64,000 nt of DNA from Phoronis australis (taxonomy: Eukaryota; Animalia; Phoronida): the NCBI GenBank assembly GCA_002633005.1, contig NMRA01000051.1, forward strand, positions 973,177-1,037,176, given 5' to 3'. The notes beneath the pieces are model-generated. The model had not been told where the DNA came from. It saw nothing but the letters and a program-made list of their open reading frames with translations, and did not search any database. Below are positions 24,301 to 36,300 of this stretch, one piece after another; the first letter of the stretch is position 1; every line of letters starts with the position of its first letter. The position numbers and the translations under genes were made by a program.

Positions 24301-27300
24301 TTTTTCAATACAGTTGTTCACTGTTCATTCATGTTTATGCTGTTAAATTGGTTCTAGGGGGTGTAATTTGACTTTAGTGGGCTAAGTAATTTATGACTGG
24401 CGTGAATAGGTGTGAATAGGTCGGGTATAACTTTGCCTCCTGCTCATGTCAAAGATTTTTTTCTACAGGTTTGAAACATTAGTTTATACAACTTAAGCCA
24501 AACTATGTAAGCAAGTGGCTTTCTGTGTGTTTGTGTGTGGTCTTTTGAGATGATGTTTGAAACCATACCATGTAAATCAAACCCTTTGGTTGTTTTAACA
24601 ATATTTAAAATGATTAAAAGATCTGTGAAACTTATGTTTTGTTATCAAATGTTCTCCAAATGTGTTGTTAATCTAAGTGTTTATTTTACGATGTTTTGAT
24701 GAATTTTACTTCATAATCATGGGGAAGGGAATGAATATATAGTTGCACAGCATTTTACATCATAATGCTGGGGAAGGGAATGAATATATAGTTGCACAGC
24801 ATTTTACTCTCGAGGTAGTGGAGTTCCTTGTAGGAAACCTGACATGCACCGTGCTTCTTTAGTTTAGCAGCCATGTTTGGTGGTTTGCCGTCCCCTGAAT
24901 TTTCATCAGTTTTACTTTTGAACACCCGCCACCTGTTGTATTCTGCTTAGTGACCATCCCTGATTTGTTTTCACAATTACTAGCACCCATAGAAGAGGTA
25001 AGATATTACTCCTTATTGTTGAGGGTTTTAGGGTTGCTGTCAATAAACTAATTCCTTCCCCTCTCTTCTCTGTCTCCGCAGTTGCAACACCTGGTGGTGA
25101 GCGGTGACCTGCCATGTTCTAAGGAAGAGGCCGCCACGCTTGCTGCCATTCATCTGCACATAGATGATGCCTGGCCGGAGAATAAAGAGATCACCAAGGA
25201 AACTAGCTCCAACCAGGAAAAGGATGATGATGATGTCACAGAAACAGATAGTGACAAGAACAAGGGAGATAACTCACACTTGGATGGTAACAAGAGGCTG
25301 GACAGCTATAATAATAACAATAATAACAATCACGGCGTGGGAGTGCTCAGTAGCAAGCAGAATAACTTGAACAAACGCAAGGAGTTGATTCGTGAGAACA
25401 GGGCGAAGAAACTGACGTCGAGTCGACGGAGACGACAGCTGGTGAAACAGTTGGGCTGTCTAAGTGACAAGTCGACGGACATCGTAGGGAGCGAGCCACT
25501 GTTGGATGGATACCTACCACCGGGCTACGTGTTCTCGCGTAAAGTCAGAGATTTGATAAAGGTTTGTGAAAGATGTAATTAGTGGGCTTGTGCTTCTAGA
25601 CTTGGCTACGGGGTTATTCAATCGGAGAAACTGTTGTAAGACATGTGTAGTGTGACATTTGTACAGTGGAAATCGTGTGTCTACTTGGTGTTTGCGTGTC
25701 ATTTTTCTCATAATTCAGGATTCTATAATAGTCACTCTATCGCTTTTAGTTGTGAATAGAGTGCTAGTGTGTGTTTGTAAGACCATAAACTTAGGACACA
25801 TTACCAAGATTTTGCTTTACACTGGCATAATCTTGCCAAGCTCGCAGGATATTAGTTTTTTCTGAGACAACACCACACAATGTGTTCACCCTATGGTATT
25901 TTTGCACTATCTTTTTGATGACGTTATTAAAACCATTAAACCTTCTATATTGTTACCAAGAGATTTTGAATTCCAATTTTTATTTCGAGACATTTTTTTA
26001 TTTTAATACTGACGAAGGTGCTCATGAAAATTGACTGTTAGTTTCAAAGTTTTCTTCACTAGGTGCCAAATGTTCTAATTTTCTAGCATTGTTTCACCAT
26101 CATGTATATTATTATGTCAAACTACCATCTTCTGGTCACTTAGTATACAAATTATGATTTGTAATAGTAAGACATAGTTTGGCTGCTGCACCTGTGATTC
26201 GTGAATTTTCTGAAAGTTCAGTAGTTAACATGTCTAACCTTGAAATCACTCCTTCATTCACTAATTTCACCTGTTCGTAACCATGGTGATGGTCATCAAT
26301 CCTGGGTGAAGGACATAAAATTGAGATTTACATAAGGTAGCCAAATGACACAATTGACCTTTTGAAAGGTGTACTCTTGTAACTGATCCCCTGTAAGGCG
26401 CTGTAGAGCACTGCATAATTTCAATGAATCAAACTGACGGCAGAGCTGTTGCTTGTGATTGGACAGTTAACAGTAAGTTGTAATCAAATCACTGTTATAA
26501 ATGCAATTTGTTGGTGAATAAAATATCACATGTCTCGAAGAAACATTGCTGCCTTGCAAAAATGTGTTGAATTTGGATTTCTGCTCAAATTGTTTAGTGC
26601 CTGCATCAACGAAGAATTTCGTAATAACAAATTAAAGTATTTTTAGATCAAATCATTTTGATAACAAAGTGCAAGGATTTTGCAGAAAGGTCGTCACATT
26701 TAGGGAACTGATTACTTTCGTTCTGTTTTGTTCCCATTGAATGCCAATTTTATTCATTAGCTTAGTGTCAGTTTTTTACTTTAAGTTAGAAAAACTCCCT
26801 ATAGATTTTTGAAAGTGCTTGCAAATCTTAGCCAGTTTTAGTTTTTGAATAATGAAAACTGTCATTGGATTTTTATATTTTTTCTGCATTTAGGATTTTA
26901 CAGAAAGTAAATCAAAAGATTAAATAAATGTTTAGTGCCTTTTCAGAAGAAGAGGATACCTTTTGCTCTGAAACCTAATTGAACTTTGATGAATAATGAA
27001 CAGATATGCCACCTGGTGTCAGGTATTGTAACAGTCATTGTGTGTCCTGTTTCCAGGAAAAACAGACTAAGCTTTGGCACACCCCGTACTATGACCATGA
27101 GATGAAGCTGAAGCAACTGTATGTGAAGATCTGTAAGAACTTACCCGCCTATGGTTGTAAATTGTATCAAGTAAAGGAGCTGCTACGCGGTAACTCTCAC
27201 AAGAAGGTGAGAAGGGAATCATTTCTCTTCGCATTTCCTAGAATGCTTGTGCAAGTCGTGTTTTCTTCAGGAACACTATCACTTCCTTCTGTCCGGTGTC

Positions 27301-30300
27301 CATTTTGAGTATATCCTTGGCATTTTGCGTATCCACATGGATCTTCAAACTTCCCTCTTTCAAGCTGTCAAGTTTAGTGCTCTGGGGCACGTTTAGCGCG
27401 TTCATATGCGAGCTTCTGCAGGGTACCATCATTTGCCTTGCTGTTCAAAATAATGATCTCACCAAATTTCACTTTGCATGCACTTTGTGACCTTTATGAA
27501 CATGCCACACTCCTGTTTTCAACCTCTTCTATCCAAGTTGAGCATACTTACCTTTCCTTAGTTTTATACACATCATTCCCATCCTTTTGAAGAATTTAAC
27601 ATTTTGCGGCTTGAACAGCAGTTATACTACTATGAGTTGTACTCCAGATAAAGAATTCATATATTATGCTGTCAAATCTGTTATGTCATTTAATTCAATA
27701 CCTAATTATGATGCCATCAGTGTGATGTCATCAGTGTGATGTCATCAGTGTGATGTCATCAGTTGTTGATGTTGATGTCATCATACAGAGCTATGATATG
27801 ACATTATGGGTTGAAAACAGTGTATAATCTCTGCATGCAGGGCCTTACGATGTTTTTGATGATTACTATGTCATTGGCGCCCTATCATTATAATGCTAAT
27901 GTGAACGGCTAAGTTTTAACAGCTCCATGAAAATGCTGCTTTTTATTGAACTCTTTTGTTTACTGCCGCAAAACTAGAAATAGACTTGTAGTAAAGCCTA
28001 ATTACCAGTGTGACACTTCCATTATTTTATCTGGGTTTGGTTAATATAGAAATAATCAAGTTATCAAAAATGTGTTTAGATTGCAGCAAAAAAATGCAGA
28101 ATGCAGTTGGTGTTTTCCAAATCCTACTTGGCTTAATGCCAGGTTACAGGGAATTGAGACAGTTAGTGAACACAGTGAAACCTCGTTGCAACATACATCA
28201 AGGGCCCTTTGAGATCTGAATGTTATGAGGATAAGGGCAACAACCAGGATAAACTTGCTTTTTTAAAATGGGGTCTTGGAAGTTTGTGTGTATAATGTCA
28301 CCATTAAGGTTCACAACAAGTAACATTGTAAGGAGGTTTGACTGTACTTAAACTAAGAAATGTGTTTAACTTGGACTATGATCATTATAGAATCTTCTTT
28401 ACATTTCTTGTTTCTTGTGCCCGCTTCAAGTCAGGCCTACCTCATGTCATTCAGTTTAGTAACCCACCAGAGAAAAAAGGTCATATTGCTAGCCTACCAC
28501 CATCTTCACGTGAATGGCGAAAATGCCAACAGTTCTACCATTTTGGCCAGACTGACGTTCTCTCCAGATTGGGGTAATTTTCACAAACAATATTTTGTTT
28601 CCTCACCGCAGGGAATCGCTTTTTATAAGCGGATTCGGTACGGAATCATGCGCAATTAATTTCAACATCAGTTTTCACTTTAAAAAAACGAAAATTGGTA
28701 TCAAAGCATGTTTACTCACAACAATGAATGATTCACCCAATAATAAACAAAGCCTTATGTGCAAATAGATGAATGTTCTTTGAAGTATGTTTTTCAGCTA
28801 CACTAGTGCTAGCCAAAACACCAGCAGCTGTAAGGTAACTCAATCCACAGGCAAAGTGCCAGGAGTTGCCCTTGTAGCTAGTTAGTGAAAGAGGAACTGA
28901 AAATGAGCCGTTAATGTTTTGCTTCAAAATTTCACTGATTTTCAACATGAGGAAATTGCTGTTATATTACCATTTAGTTCATTGTTTTAATAGTCAATGA
29001 CCGAGCATGGTGACATTTTCTATCGCAATCACTAGCAGCCTTTAGCACTGCTATGTTCTGTTCACTGATTGATGTTATCTAGCAGAGTGCTGGGCAAACA
29101 ATGGTTATATTAGAGTGGCATAATGAAGCTGCTTATTTGAGTTAGTCTCTGATGGAGATTCTGGCACAAGTTAATTTGTTAATTGTGCCAAGTCAATCAC
29201 GAGTCAGTCCTCACGTGACTGCTTAAGATCAACAGATCTCGCATTATTTATCCGCAAGCATTGTAATTATTTTGCCACTCAGGCTATTACGCAGTTTACA
29301 AAAACTGTAATAAATATAAATATCCTATGGTTTCATCATCTCCTGATAATTCTTCAGAGTTAACCATTTCATCATCCCCTTTGGCTCGTTTTCATTCACA
29401 GACAGATTGACAATTGATATTATTGTGTGCAATGATCTATGGTTTCACATAGTTTCTGCAAATGTCGTCATAGTGAATTGTACAAGTACCCGCATACAGT
29501 GAGCGACACCTTGGGGCTGCTTCTAGAACATTATTGTCTTTTGACTTTCGGCTATAATCAGTCGACGGATTGTTTAGCCTCAGTGTTTCACAAGAACAGA
29601 TTAAGACTGAAAGTCAGAAAATCTATGCGCAACTCCAAGCGTGCTCAGGAGCACACTAAAGGCTAAGGCCAAAAGACAAAAAATCAACTTTTGTCTATTC
29701 GTATCCAGATATCTGACTTATGGTTAACGTCAAAAGACAAGAGGCACTTGGAGAGTTAGGCTTCCGGCGAAGTTTGGGCTCCCTATTCAATTTAATAGAC
29801 AGGGAAACTTTTTTGCACAATTTCACTGGGCAGGTTATCAGTTCAGTTTTAACCCTGTTCTCAGACAAAAGAGAAGTCAACTGACCTCTTTCTCAAATAT
29901 GAACAGCCCTCTACTTCCAGGTCCACAGGTTAGCACTAGTGCTATATGCAAACTTGTATTACTACTAAAAAAGGGTCTGATGAGGGTAATGTTTTGTTTA
30001 CAAACATACTAGTTTGCTATGTTTGGAACCTTTCAGTTGGAAGATTTACGAGATATCTTGTGTGCTTCAGAGACCAAATAGCATTGAATAACTGTCTTAA
30101 TTTAACTCATTATAAACTGCTCTCATTCATATCTACGCTGTGTTTGATTATAAAACAAGAAATAGTTGTGCTCACACAGGCATTGTTTTGTCATGTACAT
30201 GGCAGCAATACCTGCCTATCTTGTATAAAGCCAGCTCATACATTCGTCTGTTTGTTTTATTAAACACCATTATAATTTCACAGTGATCCTATACTGCTAT

Positions 30301-33300
30301 CATTAACAGTTTTCTCAAGCTTGCTGTATACTGTTCACAGGTGATAGAGGTGTGCTGTACACCCATGTTACACGGGTTTACACCCCTACTTATTTCAAAA
30401 GTGTTGGCCATCTCAGGGTTGCCAGTTCCATTACACATTGCTGTTTAGAAACTTCTTTCCTCAACAGCAATAAATAAGTACCTGTCTGAATTGATTTTCA
30501 AAGTGTACGGGGCAACATGTGTATGACCATCGACTATGTGTTCTAAGTTGGTGACTGATTACAAGTTGAGTGATTTCAAAATGAGTTGATTACATTGTTT
30601 TTCATAAAAGCTTACATTTTGTAGAATTTTTCAATCAACAATATTGCTGGTTAAAGAAACCGTGTGATGTATGAAGGTAGTCAGTTTATATAAAACTACA
30701 GTGCATTTTATTTACAAAATTTTTTGTTGATGCAACTCGACCTCATGATTTGAAGATTTTTCATGCTTAAATAGGCAGCTTTCATCATTAATTCAGCAGC
30801 ATCATTGGGTTGAAGGGAATCAGACGCATCTGGCATTTTGACAACAAATGGCATTATTATTAAAACGAAAATTGCGTCACTGTTTGGAAACTTTTCACAC
30901 TTCCATTAAATGTAGTTTTATGTAAAGCAGTGGTCTTACTGTTCCTGTACACATTAGTTTCACCTTTGTAATTTTCTTGCAAAATCATGATAGATTTCCT
31001 CTCTAGTCATATCTAGTTTTTAGATTTCACTCTTTTTGCATCTGCGTCTCCTTGTACATGATTGACCCAGTACAGGTGAAAATTCAGGGCAAACCAAATT
31101 AAATTTGTGAACTGAAGAGTAGGTTTTAATTACCTCATTTCTTGCCAACACAATAAAGAGTTCTCTGGCTTGCTGTGGCAGCCAACAGTCAACAGGCACC
31201 TATAGTTTTATGACATAATGAGGTGTCATAAAGCATTACATTAGGTGACCAAGCAGCCCAAGCTACTGGACTGAATTCAGTGGGCTATTGTGTTCCCATT
31301 GCAAATTCCAACCCTCCCACAATCAGCATCCAACAGTCAATTTGTACCTGGACAGATCTTCATGATTTCATCTCATTTCATCACCAGTGCAAAGGTCGTC
31401 ACTCTCTGCTGGTCAAACTTTTTAAATTAGGACCAGAATTTTCTTGACCTGTTTTCTGTCTACAAAAAAATCCAAATGTTACATGGCCAGTTTTTCTTTG
31501 TACTTGACACTTGATGTGAATTCTAAGGAGACGGTGACTCCCTCTACCTTGTAGGTGTCTCGCCTCTTGGGTATCAGCAGTAGCCGCATCATTCTCATCA
31601 ACGTCAAGAGTAACGTGGTCATACATTCCAAGACACCGTCCGACCTGCATGAGTGGAACACGCTTGTGGGCCGCTCGCACGAGGGACTCAGACTCGACTT
31701 CCTCGGCACCAAACCCTGGCTGCTGACAGCACCATCGACTGACAACCTCAGGGCCATGACGGCAGCCTTGTGGCATGTGCTAGACATGGACGGCCGATTT
31801 CTCGACTCCTCGCCATTCAGGCGTGACAGCTTAGAATTAGGTTAGAGTGCATTGTAAAGACTACTGATTGAAAAGTGGTTCTGTATATGTACTAGTCTAG
31901 TTCGTTGTACTCGGGTGCTGACACATGTGTTGTCCTCAAACTAAAGAGGATCATGGTGACAAAAGATGATCGTCTGTCTATATATTTGCCCTAGTTTGTT
32001 GGCTACATGGGAAATTATCATTACAAACTTTACAACTTGGTAATCTAGGCAAATTCGGAGAAACTAATACGTGATATTCACTGAATTGATGGACATTAAG
32101 TTTAGAATAGATAATCATTCTTTTGAAAAGATAACTTCAGTTGACACTGGCTTTGGCATTGCTAAATTATTGGTTCCCCTTGATTTTCAGATTTCCATCG
32201 TCGACAAGTGGCCTTACGCTCCTCTCTCCAAGGCCGCGCCATGTACTCCGAGGAACTCGGCCAGCTACAGAAACTTTTGCAGTTTCCTGAAGAGGTCGCC
32301 ACGCAGCTGACAAAGACCGAGTTTGACCTGTTCAACAAAGTCCAGCCTGTTGCTTATGTTCGCCACTTGACTGTGGACATGAATAAGGCACCATCTACTA
32401 AGAAAGTCACAGTCCATGACTTGGTTCAACGATTTGTTGAGGTTAGTATCTTGGTGTTTATCTGGAACAGTGTAATAGTCGTGGTTGCAGGTAAAGAAAA
32501 TTTCAGAGACCTTTTAAGTTGGATAAGTAAAAGATGATTAAGTTGGCTTGGCTCTGAACATGTGTTTTTGTACTGTATATGTATATGTATGTAAATATAG
32601 TGGCTATAAACTTTCCGCAATAAAAGTTTACTTTGGTGCTGTATAATTATCAATCATTTTTGCTGCCAACAGAATTGGATGTCATGACGGTGTAAATGCT
32701 AATTTACCTCCGTCGTTTACTGTATACTATTCTGTGTGATTGTAAAAACTTGATGTACAATGTACAGGGTGTTTAAAAGCTGGCTCTTATGTAGAGCTGT
32801 GTTTCTAATTGGCTTTTGGTTTCTGAAATACCCTGTATTTCTTTGATCTTGATGATTTGTTTCTTTGGCTACAGGTAAGTTCATGGGTAACTCACATCAT
32901 TGTGACCCAACCCACCCATGAAGACAGAAAGGCAGTACTATCCTGTATACTGCGCATAGCTCAGTCCTGTTGGAACATGGGCAACTTCCAGGGGGCAATG
33001 GAGATAGTGGCTGGGCTCAGGTATGTCATACTTATTAATATGTGTTTGAGTCATTCGTGTGAGTTCCATTTCCAAGTCAATGCAGCTCATAACAACCCAA
33101 TACATTAAGCCTTTGCTTATTTATTGTTCTGATTTTACAAACTGAAAAAGACATCAATTTTAATGGAAATACATTTTTTGGAGAAAGGTTGACTAAATAA
33201 TGCACCTGACAGAATTTTTCATTTGGGGCAGAATGTGGTGAAGAAGTGAAATTTCAATTTGTCAAGTTTCTTAGCAAAAATAGCTTTTCACAAAAGTTTC

Positions 33301-36300
33301 GTAATTGGTTTTGATTTTATTTTAGTTTGAGTAGTTCAGCTGTCTTCAGACAGCATTTGGTATTTTTTTAAAGTAGTGCAGCAGTGATTCCTTTAAAATA
33401 TAGAAAAATGGCAATTTTTTGTCCAAAGTGGAAGAATTTTTTCCTACTCGAACTCGACCTTGTTGGCAAATTGGCACAGTAATACTGCGCTAGGCAGTCC
33501 TCTCACAAGGGTGGAGTATACTTCCTATCGCCTAACCCTGTTTTTATTCACCACCCCTGTAGGTCCGAAAAGCTCAAGCCGTTTTGGCTATCCATTTCTG
33601 ACCAAGACCTGAACACCCTTCACCACCTTACGGACACACTCATGTCACGTGAACCGACACCTGAGTACAGAGAAGCTCTCTCCAGGGGGCTTGACTTCCC
33701 CAGCTGTCGAGTGACACCATTCTTTGGCAGTTTTCTACGTCAGTTGAGGTCGGTGATGTGCGCGGTGCCCTCTATTGTAGTGATCCCATCAGATGAGAAT
33801 CACTCCCTGGAGGTAAATATTTTTCAATGTCTTCACACCTGTTTTGCATGTTAAACTATGTCTTGCTGGTTTCTGCAAAAAGAAAGGACTTCTGGTATTA
33901 GTACTTGGTATGTTCACTAGCTGTGTTAGTGCATTTTGCTTTAGGTTAGTGACATTTGATAAAGAAGTTGATCAAGTGTGACATTTCAAATATAACACCC
34001 AGCCCATGAATTAACTCTGTCAATGTTTGAAGAATGTATTGTTTTGAAGAACAAAAATGAAAAAACAAACTTCCGAACGAAAATGTCACCGTATCTGCGA
34101 GAGACAAGTTTTGACTTTTTATGAACAAATTAATAATTAGTGATACTTTATATATTTGAAGAATTGACATCACTGCAAAACAAAATTATGAACACCTTAA
34201 TTAATATGCCTCGTGTTGTATAACGTTTGACCATACACACTCAGATAATAAAAATATTCGTATCTGTGGGAGATGAACAGCTTCATATTTCATCTGATTG
34301 TCAAGAGATTAAATTACAATATGACTCCTCTTATGTAATCAACCTTTAATCAATATTTCCAAACTAACTTCGCTATGCATGAGTGAACAATTATTATAAG
34401 GTGCACTGCGCCCACCGATGGTTTGACAGAGGCCACCCCATCTCTTGGGATGGGTTCGTAAATCTGTGAAATACACATTTTATTTGCTCACTTTTAAAGG
34501 GACACCAAACCCAGTTTTGGCCAATTAACAAAGGTTAACAACGACTTTCCCATGTAGAAAATGAAATATTGCTCTTTTACTCTCGTCAACCCTCAAGGGT
34601 TTGGCATTAAATAGCTGCTTGCAACGAGTGCCAAGCCAGTATGTTGTTGTTGAATATCGCTTCTATCATTCGAGTGAAACACTTCTGGTGCAGTAGTAAA
34701 GGACAGAATGTATTATGGTGAGAGGCTGAGATTTCATTATTCAATTTCTTTATAATTTATAGGCATTACTTTGTTACGCTTTGTTATTATTTGAAGTTAG
34801 TGCTGAAATAAGGTTAAGTGCTTAAACAAGTTATTAAAAATACTTGACATTAAGTCTTTCTCTGGTGCATTTTTAAATGAAACAAAATTGACTGAGGAAA
34901 GTAGTCTAGGGTAATTCTTGACTTATTTAGCCCACAACGTGGTGTACACATGAAATTCTATTTGATCAAGTTTCTTTACAAAAATAAACATTTAGAAAAT
35001 GTTTGTCTTATGGATGGTATACTGTTCAGATGTTATAAAACAACATTTGGTAAAATTTCCATTATTTGCAGCAAAGTGAAAATGGAAAATGTCTCTTATC
35101 ATTAGTAATTATTTCCCTGCAAAATTAAGTGGAGAGTTACCATATGTTGGCAGTGAGTAGATATTTGACATTCAGCATCGCTGTACACCACATGACAGTA
35201 ACTTCGTGGAAGGTGAAAAAAAATGAAATTATGTTATGGTATCCTTGTTTTGAAGACTTGCCACAGAATGAGGGAAATTTTTGAAGGAAGTTCTGTTTAA
35301 TTTGTTTAAAGCATCTGTTCACAATTTGCTGTACGTGTGACACCAACATGCTCTTAACTGGTTATGAAGTGTAGATCAACCAGTTGGTTTTATGACGTAC
35401 TTCTACTTCACCGTTGCTTGGTAGATAAAGTTGAATGCACGGAGTTGTCTGACTGGCTTTCTTACCCACTCTCCTTGTCGACTAGCTCTATGTAGTGTTG
35501 GTTGATTTTTAGTGGTTTGGTCTGTCAAGAGGGACAGATATTACACTCACGTGAACTTAATTACTCTTCTTTAATTAGTTGATGTTTTGATGCTTTGCAG
35601 GTTGCGTAATTGCTGATCTTGAGTTGACTTCCTCATTCTGTTATTGTGAGCAGTGATTTGTAGACATTGTAAAGATTAGAATATTGCGTTTTCTTACCAT
35701 TCAATTTCTAATGTTTCACGATTTTTTTGTTAAGATGGTGAATTTTTAATTCAGAATTTGGAGATTATATATATATATTACTTATTATCATGACGTTGAT
35801 GTAACACAGAATTCAATTCGAAAACGAGATACTTTTTATGCATTTTATCTCCAAGTCACCTGATATCAATGAACACATTATTCACCTATTTCACGAACGC
35901 GGGGCGCTGCTGTCATGTTGACAAACATGGCATCGTCCTGCAAGGTGGTGTGGTCAAAAGACTTATCAACGTTACCAAAAATCAAGTTGTCTGATGTTGA
36001 ATCGATCTCCAAAAACATACCAATATGCACGGCAACTAGACTTTTACCCTCCTCAACCATTCCTCCGTAGTTTTCCCTTTATTGGAAAAGTGTGGAAGTC
36101 AGGGACTTTACCCAGGCTTCTAGTCTTGAATAGTCCTGCTCGCCTGCTGGGCGAGTGCCGGAGCCAGAAAATCTACTCGCCCGAAGTTCAGTCATCCGGC
36201 CGTTGGCGCCAGTCATCACAAACTTGCTAACAGTTTAAATAAAAATCATTGTTTCGTGCACTGATGTCACCATCTATTAGGGCTACCGTATTTGCCCTAA

